Below, one piece after another: positions 54,435 to 62,997 of a stretch of DNA of 64,000 bases. A program made the position numbers and the translations under genes. Position 1 is the stretch's first letter; each line of letters opens with the position of its first letter. The notes under the pieces are model-generated. The model worked only from the letters and a program-made list of their open reading frames with translations. It was not told the DNA's origin and did not search any database. The stretch is from IMG/VR virus record IMGVR_UViG_3300050821_006672, positions 32,001 to 96,000 of that record; one strand, 5' to 3'. This stretch comes from a virus.

Positions 54435-56375
54435 ATGCCTACCATTCCGGCCTCCACACTCGTCGCGATCAATCCTAGCGTTGTCAGCGCTGGCGGCACG
54501 GCGCTCGACCTGTCGGGATTGATCCTTACCCGCAGTACTCGCGTTCCTATAGGTACGGTGGCGTCCTTCCCAATTGCGGCGGCAGCCTCGGCATATTTTG
54601 GCGCCACCGATCCGCTTGCAATTGGGGCTGGGGTGTACTTCTCGGGCTTTGATGGGTCCGATGCTAAGCCCGCAGCGATGCTCGTCGTTCAGTATCCTGC
54701 GTCTGCTGTATCTGCGTATCTGCGGGGCGGTAACATTTCAGGAATGTCTAACGTCTCCTTGCAGGCGTTGAGCGGATCACTGAGCATAGTCGTAGACGGA
54801 TATACTCGGACCAACGCCTCTATCTCGCTGTCCGGCGCCGCCAGCTTCTCGGCTGCGGCTACGATTATTGCGGGTGCTCTATCGGTCCCGACTATCGTAA
54901 CGGGCATTACAGGCTCGATCGGCCCAGGCACGGCTTCCTTTACAGCCTCGATCTCGGGCCAGACGATGTACGTAACTGCCGTAGCAGCTGGTACGATTGT
55001 TGATGGGGGTACGGTAGCCGGTTCTGGGGTTCTGGGTGGCACAATCATTACGGGCCAGCTATCGGGCGTAGCGGGTGGGGCAGGCACCTATGCGGTAAAT
55101 CTCACCCAGGTCGCGGCCAGCGCAGCGATGACAGAAGCCTACGGGATATTTACGGCGTCTGTCGTCGGTGCCGGTGTAATCGCTATCGGGCAGACGGTCA
55201 GCGGTACGGGCGTGACCGCCAGTACAGAAATTACCCAGCTAGGAACCGGAACCGGGGGTACTGGCACTTACTATGTCGCACCATCGCAGACGGTACCCAG
55301 CCAAGCGATGACGATGACGGCGACGCCTATCACAGTGACTTACGATTCGGTCAGTGGTGGGTTCCTGTTTACGTCGGGAACTATGGGGTCAGAGGCTACC
55401 ATAGCCTTCGCAACGGGCACTCTCGCCGCACCTTTGTTGCTTACCCAGTCTACAGGTGCAGTCCTCTCGCAGGGCGCGGAGCCGACTACGCCGGCAGCGT
55501 TCATGAGTTCGATCGTAAACCTGACCCAGAACTGGGCTACCTTCATGCTTCACTGGGACCCTGATGGCGGAACAGGCGGTGGAAACGTTCAGAAGCAGGC
55601 GTTTGCAGCTTGGAAGAATACTCAGAATAATCGCTTTGGCTTTGTGTGCTGGGATCAGGATTTGTCTCCGACCACAACTGTTCCTGCAACGACCTCGCTA
55701 GGGAATATCTTACAGAATAACTCCGACTCGGGAACATGCCTAATCAATACCACAGACGTGCTCAAAGCATTCTTTGTCTGCGGTGCGGCGGCTAGCATCA
55801 ATTTCCAAGGGTTGAATGGCCGTATTACGTTCGCCTTCAAGTGGCAAGCGGGATTGACTGCCGACGTAACCGACCCAACCGTTGCATCGAACTTGATTGC
55901 GAATGGTTACAACTACGGTGGCGCTTACGCGACTGCGGCTACGAACTTCACCTTCTTCTACAACGGACAGGTTACAGGACCGTTCAAATGGTTTGATGCC
56001 TTCGTCAACCAGATTTGGCTTAGCAACGGAATGCAGCTTGCCTTGGTTAATCTGCTGACTCAGGTCAAGTCCGTGCCTTACAATTCCACAGGCAATGCGC
56101 AGATTGAGGCGGCTCTGTTGAGCATCATCAACCAGGCCCTTAACTTTGCTATGTTCGCGCCGGGCGTAGCTCTGTCGTCCTCGCAGATTGCGGCAGTTAA
56201 TGCCCAAGCGGGAACTAACATTGCTACGACGCTACAGAACCGGGGCTGGTACTTGCAAATCCTGCCGGCCACTGCCCAGGTACGAGCGGCGCGCGGTACA
56301 CCTCCGATGTCGTTTTGGTATTCGGATGCTGGATCGGTTCAAAAGATTAGCTTGTCTTCTATTGCGGTGCAGTAA
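54435..56375 (+). CDS. contractile tail sheath protein (DUF3383 type)
   Basis: TIPASTLVAINPSVVSAGG, TQNWATF, NGRITFAFK, WFDAFVNQIWL and FWYSDAGSVQKI. Confidence 0.92.
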   Translation: MPTIPASTLVAINPSVVSAGGTALDLSGLILTRSTRVPIGTVASFPIAAAASAYFGATDPLAIGAGVYFSGFDGSDAKPAAMLVVQYPASAVSAYLRGGNISGMSNVSLQALSGSLSIVVDGYTRTNASISLSGAASFSAAATIIAGALSVPTIVTGITGSIGPGTASFTASISGQTMYVTAVAAGTIVDGGTVAGSGVLGGTIITGQLSGVAGGAGTYAVNLTQVAASAAMTEAYGIFTASVVGAGVIAIGQTVSGTGVTASTEITQLGTGTGGTGTYYVAPSQTVPSQAMTMTATPITVTYDSVSGGFLFTSGTMGSEATIAFATGTLAAPLLLTQSTGAVLSQGAEPTTPAAFMSSIVNLTQNWATFMLHWDPDGGTGGGNVQKQAFAAWKNTQNNRFGFVCWDQDLSPTTTVPATTSLGNILQNNSDSGTCLINTTDVLKAFFVCGAAASINFQGLNGRITFAFKWQAGLTADVTDPTVASNLIANGYNYGGAYATAATNFTFFYNGQVTGPFKWFDAFVNQIWLSNGMQLALVNLLTQVKSVPYNSTGNAQIEAALLSIINQALNFAMFAPGVALSSSQIAAVNAQAGTNIATTLQNRGWYLQILPATAQVRAARGTPPMSFWYSDAGSVQKISLSSIAVQ

Positions 56376-56416
56376 GGATAACGTATGGTAATTTTGAAAT
56401 ACAGGGGGGAGGGGAG

Positions 56417-56881
56417 ATGGAAAACAAGGTATTGGGTAATGCTAAGCAAGCCGGTAAGGATTATTTTTGCGATAGTCCAAATTCTAGCTACGCAACGGCC
56501 GAACGCGCCGCTCGCAAGAGATACACAGTTCTCATTGAGCGAGAACTTTTTGTGGAGGGCTGGAATCAGGCGTTTTGGGATGAGCAGGAGCGCGTACTGA
56601 AGGAGAGTACAAATATGCAAGGTCGATGGGGCGGTAGAGCTTCTAATAAATCGGGCGGGAGGGACGGCGGTCCTGGAAGCGGTCCTCGCGAAAAGACTGC
56701 TGCGGACCCTGTGCCAAAACTCGACGTTCTAGAAAACAAATACATGAATGCCCTCTCAAATTACAGGCTGCTTAAAGTAAAAGCCGAATACGACCGTTCC
56801 GTTGCGCCAAAACTAATTAAGGCCGAACAGCAGATGAACGCCGCTAAATCTGCATTTGAGGCAGAAAAGACAAAACGGTAG
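56417..56881 (+). CDS. hypothetical protein sharing a motif with 13184 (probable internal head protein)
   Basis: GRWGGRASNKSGGRD followed by GGPGSGP; strong RBS. Confidence 0.6.
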   Translation: MENKVLGNAKQAGKDYFCDSPNSSYATAERAARKRYTVLIERELFVEGWNQAFWDEQERVLKESTNMQGRWGGRASNKSGGRDGGPGSGPREKTAADPVPKLDVLENKYMNALSNYRLLKVKAEYDRSVAPKLIKAEQQMNAAKSAFEAEKTKR

Positions 56882-57060
56882 TCTGTTGGCACGCAAGGAA
56901 AACGACTGCTCTCCTGAAACCGACGAGCTAATCAAAGAGTTCTGTCGAGAGAACGACGTTGGGAAAATGGCGGGATGTCCTAAGTGCGGTATGACAGGAA
57001 AAGATTTGACGCTGTGCTTCCTTTGCTTGCATGAATATTGTCCGATAAGGGAGTGGAGAA

Positions 57061-57381
57061 ATGCTAAAGGTTCCTGACAAGCAATGGCGTAATTGGGGCG
57101 AGCGTATTCTTGCTGGCGAGCACTTGGAAGAGGAAATGCAGAACGCAGGCGTTCTCCCAAACGCCAATACGCCGCTCCCGCCGACGAATGCGACAATTCA
57201 TATTCTTGGGGGTGAAAGCGGATATGGTACTCCCGAACGGGAGTTTCTCACGATTTGTGGAGTTACTTGGAAAGCGCGAGAAGATACCGGCGAACACAAG
57301 CACGTTATGCAAAGCGAGCCCCATTGGTTTAAGCACGTCAACTGTGCTAGCTGCCGTCGCTTATACGGCTTGGAGCTATGA
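57061..57381 (+). CDS. hypothetical protein
   Basis: GGAG RBS; H...C...CxxC pattern. Confidence 0.5.
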   Translation: MLKVPDKQWRNWGERILAGEHLEEEMQNAGVLPNANTPLPPTNATIHILGGESGYGTPEREFLTICGVTWKAREDTGEHKHVMQSEPHWFKHVNCASCRRLYGLEL

Positions 57382-58299
57382 TTGAATGGGCCTCATCTCG
57401 TTTTATCGCGAGGCAAGCATAACGTTGTCAAGTACAACGACCAATACTACGTCGTCCCGCAGCGTTATGGCACGTTGCACCTCGACGTAGTTCAAGACCG
57501 CTGCCGCCCAAACATAATCTGCGTCGGTACTCTCAACGAAGCCTTAGCACATCTAGGAGATAAAGTGACAATACCTGTTATTTTTGTAGTAGGTGCCGAC
57601 AAAGGCGGAACGGGAAAGACCACGCTATGCCGCGTCCTTCTCGATTGGTTGGACGAGCATCTTCCTCCAGGCAGCATCCTTCGCACGTTTGATACGCAGC
57701 TTCCTCTAGGCAACCTCAAGCGCTTCCGATCCGGCGTCGATGTTGTAAATATCAACGATGTTGAGGATCAAATGAAGGTCTTCGATAATGTCGAGGACGC
57801 GCAGGCGACCGTTGTAGACGTTTGCGCCGGCAATCTGTTCTCTATCTTGGAAACCTTAGACAAGGCTGGACTGCTAAAGGACATCGCTTCGGGCGCAGTA
57901 CGAATGGTCGTTATGCATGTGGTTGGTCCTAACATCGCCTCGATGGAAGAGATTGGCGAGGTAATGGCTAGGATTGGTGGCGGCGCGGTTCGCCCTGTCC
58001 TAATCAAAAACCACTACACCAAGACTAAGTTCAAGGTTGCTGAAGACCCGCGCTATGCTGAGGCCCTACGCCTCGCCGCTCCCGGAACGATCAACGTCCC
58101 GCAGCTTGCATCCGAGGCGATGGAAGAGATCGAGATGCAGGGCGTTGGGTTCGCGCAGTTCATTAAGGGGCTCGATGTAAACAATCAGCCCTTGCCGAAG
58201 CGCAATTCGCGTATGCTGGTAGGTTACACAGCCCAGTGGCTACAGAGTGTGTGGGGTGAGTTCGATCGTGTCAACATTGCAAATGTCTTCTCAAGTTAG
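57382..58299 (+). CDS. ParA/MinD-superfamily P-loop ATPase with an N-terminal accessory domain
   Basis: Deviant Walker A VGADKGGTGKTT, FDT and VVDV. Confidence 0.8.
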   Translation: MNGPHLVLSRGKHNVVKYNDQYYVVPQRYGTLHLDVVQDRCRPNIICVGTLNEALAHLGDKVTIPVIFVVGADKGGTGKTTLCRVLLDWLDEHLPPGSILRTFDTQLPLGNLKRFRSGVDVVNINDVEDQMKVFDNVEDAQATVVDVCAGNLFSILETLDKAGLLKDIASGAVRMVVMHVVGPNIASMEEIGEVMARIGGGAVRPVLIKNHYTKTKFKVAEDPRYAEALRLAAPGTINVPQLASEAMEEIEMQGVGFAQFIKGLDVNNQPLPKRNSRMLVGYTAQWLQSVWGEFDRVNIANVFSS

Positions 58300-58407
58300 A
58301 AATGGCCGGTGACGGGGTCGCGAGGCCGCGGCAGGAGCCAGATCGATATGCAGTGCTGCATAATAACGCCACCCGCTGCATGTTGAAGACGAAAAGGACT
58401 AAGTACA

Positions 58408-58839
58408 ATGGCTAGTATCACAGACGCAAACGCGCAAATCCTGATATCGATCCCCTCCCTGTTCCCTGTCCCACAGAACCTTCAAGGGTTTGCGGTGGAG
58501 GACATATTCGACGTCGATCCTATCGAGCCCGTCGAGACGCTGATGGGAGTGGATGGCATCCTTTCGGCAGGGTTCGTGTTCGTACCTATCAACCAGACCT
58601 TTGCTTTACAGGCCGACTCGCCCTCGATCGTGATCTTCGATACGTGGTGGACGGCAATGCAGATCGTCAAGGATGTGTACTTTGCGTCGGCTACCATCCT
58701 CCTGCCCGGTCTCAGCAAGAAGTGGGCGATGAATCAGGGAGTGCTGACAAACTATAAGCCAATGCCTGATGCTAAGAAGGTATTACAACCTCAACGCTTT
58801 CGGATTACATGGCAGTCCGCCCTCCCCGCGGTCGCATAA
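58408..58839 (+). CDS. tail tube protein
   Basis: LFPVPQNLQGFA...ETLMGVDGILSAGFV...LQADSPS...KKVLQP; lies between the sheath and the chaperone. Confidence 0.85.
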   Translation: MASITDANAQILISIPSLFPVPQNLQGFAVEDIFDVDPIEPVETLMGVDGILSAGFVFVPINQTFALQADSPSIVIFDTWWTAMQIVKDVYFASATILLPGLSKKWAMNQGVLTNYKPMPDAKKVLQPQRFRITWQSALPAVA

Positions 58840-58995
58840 GGTCCAAATACCAGCCCTCACGAAAAAAGGATACGTTGTCCCCCGAGAAGCGCCAGCAGGT
58901 TGACCGCGCTCGACATTGGCTGCTTAGGGCTTGGGAAGAAGGCGACGAGAACTTGATAGCAAGCGCGACAATCCTACTACAGAAACTGATACGAG

Positions 58996-59463
58996 GTGAC
59001 GGTGCGTAAAACAACGTTCGTTCAAATCTCACAAGAAGAAGGCAATCGTGACTCAGGAAAGATATTCTTCATCAAGGAAATGCCAGCGCTACAAGCCGAG
59101 AAATGGGCGCTAAGGCTTATATTGGCATTGTCACGAGCGAACGTGGATATTCCCGATGACGTTGCTAACGCAGGTATGGCGGGTGTCGCTACCTTGGGTT
59201 TGAAGATGCTGGGGCAGATGTCCTTTCCGGATGCGGAAAGTCTCCTAGACGAGATGATGTCATGCGTGCGCCATATTCCCGATCCTAGCCGAGTTGAGGT
59301 TACTGTTCCGCTTATTATGCAGGGAGGTGACGGAGATACGATTGAGGAGATTACGACACTTACCAAGCTCCGATTGGAGGTGCTGCAATTGCACGCTGGT
59401 TTTTTTACCAGCGCACTCCAGTCGAATTTTGGGAAGCCGAGTTCGACGCCCCCCGTGGTCTAA
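58996..59463 (+). CDS. tail assembly chaperone (G product)
   Basis: RDSGKIFFIKEMPALQAEKWALR...LLDEMMSCV...IEEITTLTKLRLEVLQLH; precedes the tape measure gene. Confidence 0.85.
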   Translation: MTVRKTTFVQISQEEGNRDSGKIFFIKEMPALQAEKWALRLILALSRANVDIPDDVANAGMAGVATLGLKMLGQMSFPDAESLLDEMMSCVRHIPDPSRVEVTVPLIMQGGDGDTIEEITTLTKLRLEVLQLHAGFFTSALQSNFGKPSSTPPVV

Positions 59464-59639
59464 AATCCTATATAAACGTGCCCCGCAGTATTGCAGCAGT
59501 GGTTTCATCTGGAAAAGCGACATTGCACGAATGCTCGACGATCTACAGCGTCGAAGACGTATACGACCTGCTGGAGATTATTCTAGTGGATGCCCATAAC
59601 AAATACGTATGCGAAAAGCAGGCGAGGACCAGACTATGA
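59400..59639 (+). CDS. -1 frameshift extension of the tail chaperone (G-T product)
   Basis: Slippery T TTT TTT at 59400-06. The -1 frame is open as YQRTPVEF...YINVPRSIAAVVSSGKATLHECSTIYSVEDVYDLLEIILVDAHN to the TGA at 59639, which overlaps the tape-measure ATG. Confidence 0.8.
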   Translation, partial: FFYQRTPVEFWEAEFDAPRGLKSYINVPRSIAAVVSSGKATLHECSTIYSVEDVYDLLEIILVDAHNKYVCEKQARTRL

Positions 59640-61123
59640 CTCTCGACCAGCTCGTCATCGAACTGATTTTGGACCCAAAGAAGCTAACGCGTGGGCAGCA
59701 GCAGGCTATTGCGTCCTTCAAACAAACCCAAGAACAGTCAAAGAAGATCGCCGAGTCGATCGAGGAAGCCGGCAAGCGCATCATCGATGTCCTCTACAAG
59801 ATACGTAGTCAATTCATTTCATTTACTGCAGCGGCTTTAGAGGCGTCGGGCGTTGAGCAATTCTTTTCGAACATCGTTAAGTCCAACGCCGATCTTGGCC
59901 GTCTAGCTCGCTCACTGGGCCTTACAGTCGAGGAAATGTCTCAGTGGCGGATAGCCATTAAGCTTTCGGGTGGGGCCGCTGAGGATGCGGATCAGGCCAT
60001 TGGGAGCCTCGTAGATCAAATTCAATTGATGAGGATTGATCCAACCCAGGCTACCCACCTGTTGACGTTCCTACGCGCTCTATCGGGGGCCTCGGGGGTT
60101 TCCTTTGCGAAGGAATTGCAGGATGTACAAGAAGGCAAGGTCAACGCTCTTACAAACCTGATTCTTAAGATCGCTCAAGCCGGGGGAGGTCGTAACGTCG
60201 CACAGATGACGACGTTCTTCCGACAGATGGGATTTCCCCCTGGATTTATACAAGCCCTTACTCAGGGTGAAGGTGCGCTTCGACGATATCTTGACCAAGC
60301 AGCGAGGTTGCGTCCACAGACAGAGAGCGACATCAGGATATCGCGCGAGTTCGAAGCATCATGGGATCGCATATCGACTGCCATGATCCGCTTTGGCGAG
60401 GTGCTCGTTATTCAGGTAGCTCCTAAGCTCGCTTCATTCTTTGACTGGCTGTTGGATAAAGTCCACATTGTAGGTGGGGTAATCGTTGGTAGCGGTCTCG
60501 GCGCTTTGATTGGCTCGGTTGTTCCTGGTGTGGGAACTGTAGCGGGCGGCGTTATTGGCGGTCTGATGGGAGGGGCAGTTGGTGCGTTGCCGGCAATGCG
60601 CGGCGGCGGTCTAAACCAGGATTTCCTGCGACGCCTCGACGAAGCTCGTAAGGCGATGCCTTCGGGTATGTCTTTTTCGATAGGTAGTGGCTTTCGTACT
60701 TACGAGGAACAATCGCGTCTCTATGCTAATCGCGGTTCTAACCCCTATCCCGTGGCTCGCCCCGGAACCTCTGCGCATGAGAGCGGATTGGCTGCCGATC
60801 TCAAGTTTAGTTCGCCCGCCGCAGAAGCCTGGTTCCGCTCCCATATGGGACAGTTTGGTATCGGGGCTCCGGTCGCCAATGACCCCGTTCATTTTGAGCT
60901 GGCCAAGAAATACGCAGCTATGGCGGGGGCCGCTTCCTCGATGTCGGCAGCAACCGGACGTACGACAAACAATAACGCGTCGTCTGAGGTCAATATTGGC
61001 TCTGTCAACTTTAATGGCACTAACATTAGAGATGCGCGAGGCGCCGCTCAGGAGTTTGGCCCATTCTTGACTGCACAGCAGCGTCGTGCGTTGGGGATAG
61101 CCGCAAATGGCGGATCAAATTAA
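59636..61123 (+). CDS. tape measure protein with a C-terminal M15 (D,D-peptidase-like) domain
   Basis: Helical N-terminal region and a Gly-rich hydrophobic segment, then SGFRTYEEQ...PGTSAHESGLAADL...DPVHFE. Confidence 0.88.
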   Translation: MTLDQLVIELILDPKKLTRGQQQAIASFKQTQEQSKKIAESIEEAGKRIIDVLYKIRSQFISFTAAALEASGVEQFFSNIVKSNADLGRLARSLGLTVEEMSQWRIAIKLSGGAAEDADQAIGSLVDQIQLMRIDPTQATHLLTFLRALSGASGVSFAKELQDVQEGKVNALTNLILKIAQAGGGRNVAQMTTFFRQMGFPPGFIQALTQGEGALRRYLDQAARLRPQTESDIRISREFEASWDRISTAMIRFGEVLVIQVAPKLASFFDWLLDKVHIVGGVIVGSGLGALIGSVVPGVGTVAGGVIGGLMGGAVGALPAMRGGGLNQDFLRRLDEARKAMPSGMSFSIGSGFRTYEEQSRLYANRGSNPYPVARPGTSAHESGLAADLKFSSPAAEAWFRSHMGQFGIGAPVANDPVHFELAKKYAAMAGAASSMSAATGRTTNNNASSEVNIGSVNFNGTNIRDARGAAQEFGPFLTAQQRRALGIAANGGSN

Positions 61124-61132
61124 TGGTGGAGT

Positions 61133-61363
61133 GTGACTTTATCTAACACCGACCGTGCAAGGCTGCTTGCTGAGACAGTTTTGAAGGTAGACGCAGAACT
61201 GCGAGAAGAGGAGCGTAAGACAATGGACTTCGCACTCGAACTCGAAGAGCTTGTCAAGGACTACCTAACCTGGAACTCGACGGTTCCGGTTGAAGAGCGC
61301 CGCGCTGAGATCATCAAGACATTAGAACAACAGATTGAGTCGCTGAAAAATGGCGTTCCCTAA
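61133..61363 (+). CDS. hypothetical protein
   Basis: GGAG RBS; 76 aa, helical. Confidence 0.45.
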   Translation: MTLSNTDRARLLAETVLKVDAELREEERKTMDFALELEELVKDYLTWNSTVPVEERRAEIIKTLEQQIESLKNGVP

Positions 61364-62084
61364 CGTCCCGTTCGTTCCTGGCGTGCCTGCGGTCCCGCGT
61401 CCGCCTGGGTTTGTGCAGAGTTCGCTGTCGTTGCTCGTCAACGATACGATCCAATCATTCCTTACCAACATCTACGCGCTTCAGTGGGGCATTTGGAAAG
61501 ACGGTAATCCCATCATCATTCCCAACAGTATCATCTCCCTGGATTTCAAAAAGGACTATACGATTTCGTCTTATCCGGTAGAAGGTGGATTCAATACGGG
61601 CGGAACGACTGCCGCTGGCTTCCAAAGCTACGATAAGGTACAGACGCCTTTCGAAGCGCGGGTGCGGATGTCCTTCAGCAGTGGCATCTCGCTTGGCCCA
61701 TTTTTGCCCAGCATCTCTGGCATTCCCGGAACTGGCGCTGCGGGACGCGCTGCCTTCTTGAATACGCTCGAGGCGATTGCAGGTGACCTTAACCTTTATG
61801 ATGTAGTCACGCCTGAGAAGACTTACGAAAGCGCCAATATCCATCACTACGATTATCAACGTACTGCTGTCAATGGGGCTGGTATGATCGTTGTGGATGT
61901 TTGGCTTACGCAGGTCGTGCAGGTATCGACTACAGTGTTTTCCAATACACAAAACCCAGGCAGCGCAGATCCGATTTCTGGTGGCCAGGTAGAGGCCAAG
62001 CCTCCAGGTTCGAACTTGCCCACGCCCCCATTGTTGGGTGCGATAGCAAATTCCCCCACACTTGCACGTAACAACATTTTTTGA
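61350..62084 (+). CDS. baseplate / tail tube initiator protein
   Basis: QWGIW, ISSYPVEGG, SYDKVQTP and LYDVVTPEKTY; follows the tape measure gene. Confidence 0.8.
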   Translation: MAFPNVPFVPGVPAVPRPPGFVQSSLSLLVNDTIQSFLTNIYALQWGIWKDGNPIIIPNSIISLDFKKDYTISSYPVEGGFNTGGTTAAGFQSYDKVQTPFEARVRMSFSSGISLGPFLPSISGIPGTGAAGRAAFLNTLEAIAGDLNLYDVVTPEKTYESANIHHYDYQRTAVNGAGMIVVDVWLTQVVQVSTTVFSNTQNPGSADPISGGQVEAKPPGSNLPTPPLLGAIANSPTLARNNIF

Positions 62085-62094
62085 GGGAGGTAGG

Positions 62095-62670
62095 ATGCAT
62101 CTAATCCTTATTGTGGCAGTTCTCTTCTTGTCCTCCAGCGCAGCCGAAGCAAAGCGGCATCACCAACATCATCATTTGCACAAGCAATCCCAGAAGCCCA
62201 AACCGCGAAGACACGTACCTGTAATTAAACACGCACAGCACGATGTGGACGAGCTTCACGATTCGCCTGAGCCCCAACCCTTGATTGAGACTGCGCGGCA
62301 ATTCCTTGGAGGCAATCCTACGGGTTGGGCTCATCAGTGGTGTGGTGCGTTTTTGCGGCTTATTGTGAGGTCTGTGGGGTTGCCAGATTTGCCCGATGGG
62401 AATGCCGCAATTGCCTGGGCACGTTACGGGCGCGCAAGCGAGCCAAAGCCCGGGGCTATATTGGTTTACCCGCACCATGTGGCCTTGATTACAAAAGTTC
62501 TTGATATGAAGAAGGTTGTCGCAATTAGTGGTAATGACTGGGATGCAAACCATCGTCCGAGGGTTCTAGAGCGTGCGCGGTCTCTTGCGGGCGCTGTGGC
62601 TGTTCGGGAGGTAATAGTAGCAGTGTTGCGTCGATTTGAGTTAGCTCCAGCTTTCACATTCCGTGCATAA
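62095..62670 (+). CDS. TIGR02594/CHAP-like peptidoglycan hydrolase with a signal peptide
   Basis: GGGAGG RBS. Signal-peptide-like MHLILIVAVLFLSSSAAEA, then GGNPTGW..WCGAF...HHVALI...ISGN. Confidence 0.75.
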   Translation: MHLILIVAVLFLSSSAAEAKRHHQHHHLHKQSQKPKPRRHVPVIKHAQHDVDELHDSPEPQPLIETARQFLGGNPTGWAHQWCGAFLRLIVRSVGLPDLPDGNAAIAWARYGRASEPKPGAILVYPHHVALITKVLDMKKVVAISGNDWDANHRPRVLERARSLAGAVAVREVIVAVLRRFELAPAFTFRA

Positions 62671-62672
62671 AA

Positions 62673-62996
62673 ATGCAAGTCGTCCCGCTTCAATCCGTTC
62701 CTAACCAGATTGTGAACGTTGGCTTGACGAATCAGCAGTGCACCGTTTCGCTTCATCAGAAAACGACTGGTTTGTTCTTTGATCTATCAGTTGCGGGCGG
62801 GGTTATCATTACAGGGGTGCTTTGCCTCGATCAGAATTTGTTAGTACGCAATACCTATCTTGGATTTGTAGGCGACCTGGCCTTTTTCGATACTCAGGGA
62901 ACCAATGATCCTGACTACACAGGTCTCGGCGGGCGCTACCAATTGGTCTACCTAGCGCCCGGTGACATTACGGGCCTTCCGCCTGGGGTAAGTTGA
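62673..62996 (+). CDS. small baseplate (plug/wedge-associated) protein
   Basis: VPLQSVPNQ...YLGFVGDLAFFDTQGTNDPDYTGLGGRYQLVY. Confidence 0.8.
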   Translation: MQVVPLQSVPNQIVNVGLTNQQCTVSLHQKTTGLFFDLSVAGGVIITGVLCLDQNLLVRNTYLGFVGDLAFFDTQGTNDPDYTGLGGRYQLVYLAPGDITGLPPGVS

Positions 62997-62997
62997 C

